A DNA stretch of 64,000 nt from the human T2T-CHM13v2.0 reference genome, Homo sapiens (GCF_009914755.1 NC_060937.1), one strand, 5' to 3'. Positions 1 to 15,906 are shown, counted from the first letter of the stretch. The notes: generated by a model from the letters alone, not told the origin. Numbers and translations are program-made.

Positions 1-454
1 CATTTCCTCCTTGGTAACCTCCCAAGAGGTCACTGAAACTTTCATCCTGGACCTCTGAACCCTAGATTTCTGTGTAGGCTGACAAGAAAGAAAAAAAATC
101 CTTTTAAATTTCAAATATATATGTAACTCCTATGAGAGACCTGGAAATGTAACCATGGAAACCAGAGCATGAGTGTAACCATGGAGACCCATTGAAACCA
201 GCTGGGCCATTACCATCTAGAAGCTGGTGGGGATGTGGCAATTAGAAGGACTGTTAGCCCTAGTTAATGTGGTCAAGTGATGTCAATTGTTTAGGTGAGT
301 GTTTTACAGACATTTAAGTAATTTCTGGGTACTGCCAATGCTTTAAAATGTTCGACAGAAGGCCTTTTCATAGGACTTCCTATGTTAGACTAATTTCTGA
401 AGGATCCTCCACATCTTTCTCCCCAACCCTCTTACCACACCTCCAGAGTCATGA

Positions 455-530
455 CTTAATCAGTCATTCATTCAGCAGACACACGCTAATTGCCTTGTAA
501 TCACCTTGGTGTGCTGGGCACTACTGGATC
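455..530 (-). mobile_element. L2 3' end remnant
   Basis: tcattcattcagcag...gtgctgggcact resembles the antisense L2 terminus. Confidence 0.55.
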
Positions 531-954
531 CCATCGTATACATTATATAATATGGTGTATATACAGATATATACATTATCTGTATATATCCCAGTTCATA
601 TACATTGTCTGTCCTAGCAGCTTTAATGCCCAGGCAAATCCTGAATAAAAGGGTCCATTTATCAAGAGGCTTCTTTACCAGAATCTGTCAGAATTTGGGT
701 TTGTGCTTTCAGTAAGTGAGATGAGAACTAGACTTCTTTCATTTTGAAGGAAATGTTCATTATTCCAATGTCATAGAAGTCCTTCACAAAGTCAGACCAT
801 TCTCTCCGTCCCATTTCTTTTCTTCTTTCCCTGTGTGCATTACAACCCCATCACTCCTCTGGCAACCACAGGTTCAAAGGCCTTGATGACAGTTTGTCAG
901 GGGAGCTGCTTTGTTGTGTGTTTTGAACACCAGTGTGGTGAAAAGGTAGAGTGC

Positions 955-1080
955 AGTGTCAAATCACCTGTGCCTGCCACTTACCCGTGTGTCACCCTAG
1001 ACAAGCTATTAAACCTTCCTAAGCCTCAAGTTTCCTCATCTATAAAGAGGAAATAAAACCAATCTCTTTAGGTTATTCAG
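955..1080 (+). mobile_element. MIR
   Basis: MIR core: gccacttac...gcctcaagtttcctcatctataaa. Confidence 0.8.
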
Positions 1081-1250
1081 TGACAACTTCACTCAACTGT
1101 GAAACTTTAAACTGCTACCAAGTTTTATCTTCTGGTTTTATCTTTACTTCCCGATATCACTCAGCAGTCTTTCATGTTCTTAGCCCTTTCTCCTATTTTA
1201 CTCAACAGGTGGTCTAAATGTTTACAACTTCCAACAGTGCATTCAAAACC

Positions 1251-1550
1251 AGCCGAGCATGGTGGCTCACGTGTGTAATCCCAGCACTTTGGGGGGCCAA
1301 GGTGGGAGGATCACTTGAGCCTAGGAATTTGAGGACGGCCTGGGTGAGACCTAGTGAGAACCCATATCTACAAAACAAATTTTAAAATTAGCTGAGTGTG
1401 CCTGTAATCCCAGCTACTCAGGAGGCTGACGTGGGAGGAGGACTTGAGCCTGGGAGGTGGAGGTTGCAGTGAGCGAAGACTGCACCTCTGCCCTCCAGCC
1501 TGGGTGACAGAGTGAGATCCTATCTCAAAACAACAACAAACAAACAAACA
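1251..1550 (+). mobile_element. AluJ
   Basis: Dimeric Alu with J-type ggaggatcacttgagcc and a CAAA-type tail. Confidence 0.9.
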
Positions 1551-1604
1551 ACCATCTGTCTCAGCAGAAAATGATGGAGACAATGATGACAACCGCAGTT
1601 GTTG

Positions 1605-1830
1605 TATGAGGCTTATTATATACCAGACACTGTTCTAAGCACTTCACATATTTTAACTCATTTAATTCTTACCACAAGCCATTGAGGATTATTGTCATCT
1701 CCATCATACAGATGAGAAAACTGAGGCACAAGGTGTTAGGGAAATTTCCCAAGGTCATAAGCTACAGAATGGCAGAAAAAGCATTTGAACCCTAGTAGTG
1801 CCTGCAAAGTCTGCCCTTTCAGCCACTGTT
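1605..1830 (-). mobile_element. MIR
   Basis: Antisense MIR: acagatgagaaaactgaggc...atttgaaccc. Confidence 0.85.
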
Positions 1831-2172
1831 CAATAGTCAGGCTTTCTCTAGTGATAATGTTCACTGTGAATAGAGTCCAACGGATATGAATGAACTCCCT
1901 CAGATGTCTCCTGTTCAACGCCAACATCTGCCTGCACTAACCCGCATCTTCATCAGCCCCTAGTCCATGTTTCAGAAGAAAAAACCAGCCTTCCTCTAAT
2001 CCTCCCACCCCAATTTCAAGTTCCTTGCTCCCTCAGTTACCCCTTTGTTTCTGATCCCCAATCCTTCCTCTCACTTGGCATCTTCCTCTCAGTATGTCAG
2101 CAGGTGCAAGCCCATCCTGCCTTATATATTTTTTCCCCATTCTTGAACTTGGCTAAAATGTCCTACCTTACT

Positions 2173-2491
2173 TTTTAATTTTATTTTATTTTATTTATTT
2201 ATTTATTAACTTATTTATTTTGAGACAGAGTCTCACTCTGTCGCTCAGGCTGGAGTGCAGCTCACTGCAACTTCTGCTTCCCAAGTTCAAGCGATTCTCA
2301 TGCCTCAGCCTCCCCCAAGTAGCTAGGACTACAGGCACCCGCCGCCATGACTGGCTAATTTTTGTATTTTTAGTAGAGACAGGGTTTCACCGTGCGGCGC
2401 AGGCTGGTCTCGAACACCTGACCTCAAGTGATCTGCCCACCTCGGCCTCCCAAAGTGCTGGGATTACAGGCATGAGCCACCGCGCCCAGCC
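2173..2491 (-). mobile_element. AluS
   Basis: Full antisense Alu; TSD cctaccttact at 2162 and 2492. Confidence 0.95.
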
Positions 2492-2509
2492 CCTACCTTA
2501 CTATTTTCA

Positions 2510-3910
2510 ACACCACTTGAGTCTCTCTGCTTGTTATCCTCTCTCCTCTCCACAGTCAAGTTCCTGGCTCGAGTTGTCTATGCTTGTCTCCACCCCTTCA
2601 TCTCCCATGGGTGCTGCACCCTCTGAGGTCTGGTTTCCTCACTTTACTGCAGTTGCTCTCCCGGTGGCCCCCAAGGTTGCTAAAATAAATGGCTTTGTAT
2701 TTATTTATTTTTATTATTTATTTATTTTTTTTTTTTTTTGAGATGGGGTCTCGCTCTGTCACCCAGACTGGAGTGCAGTGGCGCGATCTCAGCTCACTGC
2801 AAGCTCCGCCTCCCGGGTTCCTGATAAATGGCTTTTTAAAAGCCTCAGTCCCACTTCTCTCTGTAGCATTTAACTCTGTTGATCACTTTCTCCCCTTTAA
2901 AACCTTCGCCTCCCTTGGCCTGACCTTCTTCTGTGCTTCCACTCTGGATTTTCCTTCTCTGTCTCCTTTACTGGCTCCTCCCTCATGGCCTATTCCTTAC
3001 TTTGGGGTATGCTTCTGGACCCTTAACCTGCTCTTCCTCTCTCTGGGCGCTGTCAGTATCATGTCTGTATCTTCAACTAAGCCTCCATTCTGAATTCACA
3101 TCAATGGATAAAAATGGCAATTGACTATCTCAGCTGCGTGATCTGTGGACTCCCCATCCTCAACTCAACACTGCATCCACCCAGAAGCCCAAGTCACAAT
3201 ATCTGAAGTCATTCTCCAGTCCTTCATCCCTCTGACAGGCATCCCCATGACCCCTCATATATAGCTTTCTGTTCCTTGTCCTGACCCCTCCACTACTGCC
3301 TTAGTCATCCTTTCTCTCCTAAAATATTAAAATCACCTCACCAGTCTCCCTTCTCCTTAAGCCTCAACCGTAAGGATACCAGTGAGATCTTTCTAATATG
3401 CATATCACTCCATTCCACAAAACCAAAAGATCCCTAATGCCAACATAATGAAACCAATTCCTTTGCATATGACCTGACTCCCATCTCTCTCTCCAGCCTC
3501 ACCAGTTGTCTGGCCACCTCCCTAACCCCTGCCTTTCTAGCACCGTGGCTACAGTACTGGGCCAGATGGAATGGCCCCAATCATGTCTCTCACACCTCCC
3601 TACTTGGCACATCCATTCCTTCTTTCTGGAACATTTCCCTAGGGTGTTCATCCGGCAGACTCCTCCCCCGTATTCTCTACTTCCTCTTTGCCACCGCCCT
3701 TCCCTCACAGGCCTGGCTTTCCTTGTGCCTTTTACATACTCTCATCCAACAATTCTCGCTTGCATTATAATCGTTGGACTCATCTATTTTCCTTTTTAGA
3801 CTTACTAGTTCTTCAAGGACAAGTACTACTTATTTGTTGTCCTTGTATTTTTTGTCCCATCAGTGCCCCACAAAATTTCTCGACAACGGTAGACATTTAC
3901 TAAACATTAG
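2510..3910 (+). mobile_element. L2 (fragmented 3' portion)
   Basis: Pyrimidine-rich L2 motifs, e.g. gcatttaactctgttgatcac and gagatctttctaatatgca; degenerate L2 terminus near 3900. Confidence 0.7.
2697..2820 (-). mobile_element. 5'-truncated AluY (3' ~85 bp plus tail)
   Basis: AluY diagnostic gcaagctccgcctcccggg; perfect TSD ataaatggcttt at 2685 and 2824. Confidence 0.9.
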
Positions 3911-4142
3911 ATATTAATATTGTTATCAAGGAGACAGCAGAGAAACTGCCTTGGCAGCTAACACTTTCCATCATTGTCACCACCATCAACATCAGAAAGC
4001 ACACACCAAATGCCTCTGTAACTGAACAGAGACCTGACCATGTCGTAACTTAGACCAAGTTAGTAGAGATAGTATCCTCATGTGTGTGACGTACACTCAT
4101 TGGTATACAGACCTCATCAATGCACAGACCAGGTTACACTAG

Positions 4143-4460
<318 letters not shown>

Positions 4461-5235
4461 TAAGGTCTCTTCAAAGTCACATCCTGTGAATGGAGGCATT
4501 AAACCAAGACATCCAATTAAATCAACCACCATGTGCACACTTATGACGCACAAGCTATTGCACTAAATGCTGTAATAAATGGATAGGAATGAACACTTAC
4601 CAGTATTTAGATCAAAGGCAAATACAATTAAAGGCCATTTCAATATGAGACTGGGTAGGTAAATAGAAGACAAAGGAGGATACTCATTCAATTAGCTCAG
4701 CTGACATTTGTCAGGGCCCAGCTCTTTGCTGGGTCAATGTTGGAAGCTGGGTGGAACAATGAAAACCATGTGGTCTCTGTCCTCTATATGCTCCTGGCCC
4801 AGCAAGGCAGACAGCCACACAGCCTTCAAATGCAAAGGGCAGGGAAAGAGGGCTGCAATCAATTCTGTCTAGAAAGGGAAGGCAGGTCTTAAGAAATTTC
4901 TCAGTCATGACATTTGGTCTGGCTCTTGAGGGGCTAATGGGTTTTCTCAAGTGTAGAAGAGAGAGTTCCACAGCGAGGGAACAGAATGAAAAGGAGGACA
5001 TAGGCTCCAACGCTGAGGCACCTTGGAAACCATTGATTTTCCCAGGTCACAAGCAGCAGCAGCTGAGCCACCATCCCGAACTCCACATGAGAACATCGGC
5101 TTCATGAGCCCCACAGGCAACGTGTACAGGGTCTGGAGAATGATGGCTGGGGCACAAGGTGTGGGTTCAGAAGTGGAGAAAGCAGGGTCACCAAGGTTAA
5201 TACATGTCATTATTCAGGTGTGCAGAAAGTAAACT

Positions 5236-5540
<305 letters not shown>

Positions 5541-6324
5541 CAGAAGTGACTAAATATTTAATACAATAATTTGGCCATCCATGTAGGTCACCTATGTCCA
5601 TGTGTGTGTCTTATGCCCACCTTGCCCTCTGCTTCTCTCCCTAAGGGAGCATGGAAGATTATGGTTTTTATAACCTCATGATGGCCAAAAAGAGTTGGGG
5701 ACTTCAAGAACATAGGCAGCATCTCTTTCCTTCATAGTGCCCCTGGCAGGGCTGGCATTTGAGGCTGAAATTCCATGGCTATCCTAGTCTAACTTAGCTT
5801 GACCTGGCCCAGGGGTGCTGCCTGGACTATGAACACTTACTGGGTCCCCTAACACAGTCAAGTCTGTCTGTGTTTCCCATTCAACCCTGGCTTGAGTGCT
5901 GTTCACTGCACAGTTCTTTGCTGTGGAACTACTGCTCCTCCATTATGTCAATCTCCTCAGCTAAACTCTAGATTTTATCTGTAACATACTGGCATCAAGG
6001 GAGGCTTTAAACAACTAACTCTCAGAGACTGTCCAAGATGAAATGGGTGCACCCGGGAGTCATTCGAAATACTTAAAAGCCAGTAAAGTACAAGCACCAT
6101 ACAATCAGCATGGAAACTGGTCCTTATGAATCAAAACTGGCTGCAACCTCCCCAAGTGGCTCTGTGAGTGCAGAATGGTACAGGGGCATCCTGTAAGAAG
6201 GCCCCTATCCTCCCCTGATTTACTGTATACTACCTGCTCTCCAGGCACGTTTCTGCCCACTCTGTTTTCCCATCTCACTCCTCTTGTTCTCTCCACAGTT
6301 CCTCACACCTCAAAAGGCTTTTAT

Positions 6325-6730
6325 TTCATTTATCACTCAGTTTTTAGGTGCAAGGAACAGAACCGACGCTGCTGGACTTAAGGAGCAAAGGAATTTATCA
6401 GAAGGATATTGGATGGCTTGCAGGAACCTGAGAGGCCCAGAGCCAGGCACTGAGGCTCTGCAGCCAGGAACAATTGCCCACAAGAAAGCCTTAGAAACAC
6501 TTCTGTGCTGGACCCCACAAGTTCCACCACTGACAACACGGGATCAATAATGCGGCTACGGTCACTGCCATCATCTGCTCTGTACCGCACCTGCTTCTTC
6601 CAAACCCCTGATTTCTCATCAATCAGGGTTAGGGAAGATGTCCCTGACTGGCCTGTGCCTTCAGTTGTGCTCAAGGAGCTGGAAAAGCAAGATCTGGTAC
6701 TTTCTGATTCTCTAGTGGGAATGGGTTCTG
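6325..6730 (-). mobile_element. old MaLR LTR remnant (MLT1J/K/L/N-like)
   Basis: ggtgcaaggaacagaa...cttaaggagcaaaggaatttat resembles the antisense MLT1 3' end. Confidence 0.5.
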
Positions 6731-6853
6731 CTCAAATAGAGAAAGGGGCTTTCAAGGTTGGCCTGTCAGTATGACTAGCACACTCTACTCTTCCCTCCTG
6801 GTTTATTTTCCCACTATAGATAGAGTGGTACTTATCTAGCTGTCCTAGCCTTA

Positions 6854-7332
<479 letters not shown>

Positions 7333-8259
7333 CCTTAGGAGTATCTTCTCTATGCTGCACTGCCTTTTCCTAAACTGAGCCAGGCCCCGGTTTCTGAGTG
7401 TGATAAAGATGCTGAAGTGCAAAATCCACCTTCAAGATGAAAGCCAGCTGCCTGATCCTGGTTTTGAGTGCCAAAAATTCGAAATTACCCAGTCTTTCTC
7501 TCGGCTTTCCTCCCATAACAGATGTGCATGTTCCCTAATCAGACAGACGCCTGGAGCCAGCTAAAGTACAGGTTGTGTCCTTGGGAAAGTGAAGGAGAAG
7601 CACATTAAAATTTAAAAAAACGATTACCCAGTTGCAATAACTAAAAGTAGAGTAAGTGGTGCAGAAAGATTTCATGAATTTTTATACTGGGCTCTCTCAA
7701 ATTCCAGTACCTCAAGTTTCCTGTGACTCACACTTTACAGGGCTTTAATAGGTGGTGAAGCTATAAAGTAATGAAACTGATTTTCATGTGTTACCACACA
7801 TACATGGAGATGAGTCAACAACTACTTTTGCTCTCACCTCCCACGTCCCAGGGTGGATCCATTACTCAATTGCCGATCTGTTCCTTTAATTCAAAAAGGC
7901 AAATGATTTTCAAAGCCACTGCATTTCAATATATTATAGACAAGATGCTAAAACTGTTTCCTAAGCTTTCTTAAAATTATAAATAACACAAACGAGGCAC
8001 ACAACTTTGCCAAATTCTTCTAAAGCAACCCACACAAAGACTTTACTCATTTACACAAGTCTTAGACGAGGAATAATTAGACCTTCTCAAACCAATGTCA
8101 GCTCTCTCTGGGCTGCCAGACAAACCACCGTGGGATGTTTCCAAGCCACAGAAAACAAATGGTATCTGTGAGAGCTGGTGCTCGTGCTGGAATATCTTTC
8201 ACTAGCCAGGCTCCATTCCTTGGGAAGAAACCCCATCTATGCTTCTCCTTAAATTAAGC

Positions 8260-8520
8260 CTTTTTTCAATTCCTCAAACATGCCTTGTCCTTCCCATTTT
8301 GGGGCCTTTGTGCAGTGTTCCTCCTTCTGGAACCCTCTTCTTTGCTTCATCCAGTGACCTGTCAGATCTCCGCTCAAAATCATTTCCTCTGGAAAAAGTC
8401 AGTTCCCTAAACCTCCTCACCCCAAGCCCTGTGGCTGGATCAGGGCTCCCTGTTACATGCTTTCAGAGTTCATGCTGCCACTCCTTCTTAGGCTTATAAG
8501 GCTATTGTTGTGTGATTTGG
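8260..8520 (+). mobile_element. L2 fragment
   Basis: cctcaaacatgcc...gggcctttg...ctctggaa L2 3' motifs. Confidence 0.55.
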
Positions 8521-8615
8521 GGATTAAGGCCAACTCCTGTCTTACTCAGTCATGGATGTTTTGGCTGGGTGGCTGCTTGTCCGAAACCCCATCTCCCAGC
8601 CTTCCTTGCAGCTAG

Positions 8616-9485
<870 letters not shown>

Positions 9486-9755
9486 ATGACTTTCCTGTTT
9501 AAGCCACCGTACTGAGTCTCATGAAAGTAGCCTGTATCTAGCAAATGCAGATTGGAACCCAGAGCCACTTGATCTCAGAATCCAAGCTCTGAATGACCAC
9601 CACATGATGTTTTCCACACCATGGGCCTCTTCTCTATTATACATGTTACAATACATCTTAACATTTCACAGATCATATAGCAGACCACTTTGATGAACGT
9701 GGGGCTCACTTCCTGGATCTGTACTAGATCCCAGAGTGAATATGGTGCCCTCCAA

Positions 9756-9960
9756 TTCATGCAATTCTCCTGCCTCAGCCTCCCAAGTAGCTGGGATTAC
9801 AGGCATGCACCACCACACCTGGCTAATTTTTTGTACTTTTAGTAGAGACAGGGTTTCACCATGTCGGCCAGGCTGGTCTTGAACTCCTAACCTCAAGTGA
9901 TTCACCCACCTCGACCTTCCAAAGTGCTGGGATTACAGGTGTGAGCCACTGTACCCAGCC
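9756..9960 (-). mobile_element. AluS lacking its 3' end and tail
   Basis: Begins abruptly at ttcatgcaattctcctgcctcagcc. Confidence 0.9.
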
Positions 9961-10281
9961 ACGTTGTATGTTTGCCATACTTTTTCCTTCTCACTCAATT
10001 TCCATCTATGTTTTTAAACCCCTGAGAGTCTCTGATAAGGTCCTCAGGACCACCTTTGTTTCTATTATTATTAATAAGTAACTTGGTTCCCAGCGTGCCC
10101 TCACCCCTGCCCCATCACACTCAGGAGAAAGGAAAGCTGACCATGATGGAGAGTCCTGATCTTTCTTGGAGGCCAGCATCACTCAAGGCTGTTCCACCCC
10201 ACTGCTATAAGTTTGGTGAAACCAAAGCTAAAGAGAAGCCTCCTGATATCAGGAAGCAAGTAGTTAGCCTTTTCTGCATAA

Positions 10282-11480
<1,199 letters not shown>

Positions 11481-11979
11481 TCTTCAATTGCAATGGCTTG
11501 ATTCCTTCACATTATCCTTTTTTTCTCCCTAGCTTCCTACAATTCTTCATTTTCCCCTCTTCCCTGCTACATCCTTTCTTGCTTCTATTTTCTATAATTA
11601 AATTAAAAGGCTGAAATGTTTTATTTTAGGTCAGTCTTACAGGCTAAAATGTAAAACATTTGTGCTACTATATAAAAATGCAATAAATATTATATAATAA
11701 AGAAATCCCCATTGTTTTAAAAGGCTTAAAGAAAGAAGCCCTCTTCTGCCTGAGACCAAGTAATCAACAATGTAACTACAGGTTTGTAATATGATACCTA
11801 TTTTTCCTCTCTTTCGTAGTTAATCAAAAGATACATTCACAAATTCTCAAACGCTATGGTAACTGAATATTATCAGTAGCAAATTATGCAGTCCCCTGCC
11901 AAAGTTTCCTAGGTAATTAATTATATGAGATATTGCTTTTCTGGAGCATCCTCTGCCCCCAAATCCCACTCCTAGGACG

Positions 11980-12130
11980 ATTTATTCATTTGGCAAATAT
12001 CTATACAGCTATTGTTATGTGCTAGGCACTGTACTAGATGTGGGGCATATACCAGGGAATAAGACGGACAAGATCCCATTCTCACAGAATGCCTAGTAGA
12101 AGGAAAAAATAGTGAACAACAAGTTATGCA
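11980..12130 (-). mobile_element. L2 3' end
   Basis: tattcatttggcaaatat...tatgtgctaggcactgtactag. Confidence 0.75.
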
Positions 12131-12144
12131 TGTTTTTGGATAAT

Positions 12145-12595
12145 ATTATTTTAGTTGGGGTAAAATACACATAGACTGTACCATCTTAATCATTTGTAGA
12201 TGTACAGTTCAGGGGTATTAAGCACATTCACATTGTTGTACAACCATCACCACCATCCACCCACAGAGCTCTTTTCATCTAGCAAAACTGAAACTCTGTA
12301 CCCATTAAACGATAACTGACCGCCCTCTCCCTCCACCTGCTAGTCAGCACCAGTCTTTCCTATCCCTGTGAAACTGACCACTCTAGGTACCGCATACAAG
12401 TGAAGTCACAGTATTTGTCTTTTTGTGCTATGTCACTTAGCATAATGTCCTCAAAGTTTATTCATGTTGTACTGTGTGTCACAATAGCTTTCCTCTAGAA
12501 GGCTGAATAAAATCCCATTGTAGGCATACACTGTATTTTATTTATCCATTCAACTGTTAATGGACAATTGGGTCGTCTCCACTTTTTGGATAATA
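12145..12595 (-). mobile_element. L1MB 3' UTR
   Basis: gtacagttcag...cacattcacattgttgtacaaccatcaccaccatcc...aaactgaaactctgtacccattaaac. Confidence 0.85.
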
Positions 12596-12611
12596 TTTTA
12601 AAGCTATTTTT

Positions 12612-13160
12612 GACCAGGCACGGTGGATCACTCCTGTAATCCCAGCACTTTGAGAGGCTGAGGTGGGCGGATCGCTTGAGTGCAGGAGTTTGAGACCAGC
12701 AGGGCAACATATGGAGACCCCATCTCTACAAAAAATACCAAAAAAAAAATTAGCTGGCCCAGTCTCTACAAAAAATACAAAAAAAAGAATGTAAGGGCAA
12801 TCTGGCTGCAATATCTGTCACCCTACTGATCACCAGGGTTGATTTGGCTAATCTGGCTGGCTAGGAAGGTGTCCCCTTCCTCCCTCACGGCTCCATGTGC
12901 GTCCCTCCGGAAGCTGTGTGCTCAGTCAAAGGGGACGACCATCCCCAACAGAGGAGGACTGGTCTTCGGTCAAGGGTATATGAGTAGCTGCACTCCCCTA
13001 CCAGAACCTCCATTCAAGCTCTCAAAAAATACGGGAAAAACATTAGCTGCTTGGGAGGCTGAGGTGGGAGCCTGAGCCCAGAGAAGTTGAGTGAGCCATG
13101 ATTGTGTCACTGCACTCCAGCCTGGGAAACAGTGAGACCTTGTCTCAAAAGAAAAAGAGG
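12612..13160 (+). mobile_element. AluJ split by a 7SK retrocopy
   Basis: Left arm 12612-12786; degenerate right arm 13040-13150. Confidence 0.85.
12787..13025 (+). pseudogene. RN7SKP: 7SK snRNA retropseudogene, 3'-truncated (7SK nt ~1-240)
   Basis: Collinear with human 7SK from gaatgtaagggcaatctggctgc through ggtcttcggtcaagggtata to caagctctcaa; CpG decay; no upstream PSE/TATA promoter; flanked by aaaaatac. Specific RN7SKP number not determined. Confidence 0.95.
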
Positions 13161-13376
13161 TATTTTAAATTTTTTTAAAAGAGGTTTAAGTTTCCACACT
13201 AGACTTATAAAGCCAGTAAACACTGGCAAATTATTCTTCTCACATAACTTTAACTGCACATTCCCTGACAGAGTAAATATATATTTGACCTACTATTTTT
13301 AAAATATTAACCATTGTTTTTTCTCTCTAGCTATTTCCTTCCTCTCCCTGTGTTCTCCCCATTTAAATAGTGACGC

Positions 13377-13817
<441 letters not shown>

Positions 13818-13960
13818 TTAAGTAGAACCATATAGGACTTTAGATTATCTTAACAGACAGCTTTATAGACAGGTAACACTGAAGATAAGGGGGGCACCCC
13901 CAACACCTTCCCCTCTTCTCCTCTTCACTCCAACTATAGAGGCTTAGTCCTACGTAACTA

Positions 13961-14645
<685 letters not shown>

Positions 14646-15114
14646 GAATGGGATCTTAAAATATAAATTAAGTTATATTTCTTGCTCACCTGAGGTGAAC
14701 TGAAACCCCTACTTCTATATGCAGTTAATGAGTCTATTATAATGGTATTATGCTCTGTGAAAGAAGGACTGGAGTTCATGAGAGCCTATAATGGGCATCC
14801 GATCTTGGGAGAAAAGGGGGCAGCAGGCGATTGGGTTAGGCTTCCTTGAATTTGAGCTCAGATCTCAAGGACGAATATGAAGTAACTTGACGAAGGATGT
14901 GGTCCAAGCAGTTGTATCTCATCTCCAGTGCTTTTAGCTCCAACATTCTCATGTCCTTTCCCCCCACCAAAAATATTCCCACCATTACTTTGTTACCAGG
15001 AAAACTTGTCCAGCCACATCCCCTTTCAATAGCCTTAGTTTCTCAATTCTTAGATGCCCAAAGTGTCTTATGGATGTTATCATTTTCTAAGAGTTTTACA
15101 TGGAAAATTTTCTT

Positions 15115-15434
15115 ATTTGTTATTTATTTTATTCTTTTATTTATTTATTTTGAGTCAGGATCTCGCTCTGTCACCCAGGCTGGAGTGCAGTGGTGCTTCT
15201 CGGCTCACTGCAGCCTCGACCTTTCAAGGCTCAAATGATCCTCTCACCTCAGCTTCTCAAGTAGCTGGGACCACAGGTGCACACAACCACACCTGGATAA
15301 GTTTTTGTACTTTTTGTAGCGATGAGGTCTCACATTGTTGCCTAGGCTGGTCTCGAACCCCTGGACTCAAGTGATTCTCCAGCCTCAGCCTCCATAAGTG
15401 CTGGGATTACAGGCATGAGTCACCGTGCCTAGCC
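15115..15434 (-). mobile_element. AluJ
   Basis: Full antisense Alu with J-type positions. Confidence 0.9.
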
Positions 15435-15799
15435 TATATTGAGAATTCTCTAGATGTTTTAAGATGCCATCTTGATTTTTGCAGCATATCTGTGACACAT
15501 CTAAACATTTTCATACAACACGGGCATATCAACTCACATATTTTCCCCTCATAGTATTCATATGGAACCATAATACTCCACCTTTCGCCATACGAATCTA
15601 CCATGTTGAGTAGCAAATGAAGGAAAAATATTTTCCCACATCATTAATTACTCCACTTTTAAGCAAATACTTTTCCTCTTTGGCTTTAGAACAGCTATTA
15701 TGGCTGCCAGCTGGGATTCCCAGGAGGTTTAAGAGCATTAATCACCAGAATATGCTTTGTTCTTTTTTAAGGAAAATAAGACTAAATTAAGTTGAGCAA

Positions 15800-15906
15800 G
15801 ATGGCTCATGCCTGTAGTCTGAGAGACTCAGGAGGCTGATGTGGGAGGATCGCTTGAGGCCAGGAGTTCAATACCATTCTGGGCAGCACAGTGAGACCCC
15901 CATCTA
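15800..15906 (+). mobile_element. FLAM monomer
   Basis: Monomer; TSD aagactaaattaa. Confidence 0.8.

Noticed and set aside
121-200. CRISPR-like repeat-spacer pattern
   Set aside because: Only 2-3 short degenerate repeats in primate DNA with no cas genes; better read as duplicated X-boxes.
1739-1750. NF-kB-like palindrome gggaaatttccc
   Set aside because: Single motif inside a MIR with no supporting context.
5735-5755. CTCF-like motif agtgcccctggcagg (also tcaccagggggtc near 61575)
   Set aside because: Core spacing or key positions do not fit CCASYAGRKGGC.
12787-13025. Functional RN7SK gene
   Set aside because: It is 3'-truncated and CpG-decayed, has no upstream PSE/TATA or terminator, and is embedded in an Alu, so it is a pseudogene.
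15434-15616. 60-aa minus-strand ORF in non-Alu sequence
   Set aside because: Non-ATG start, no recognisable homology and no flanking splice-site pair.
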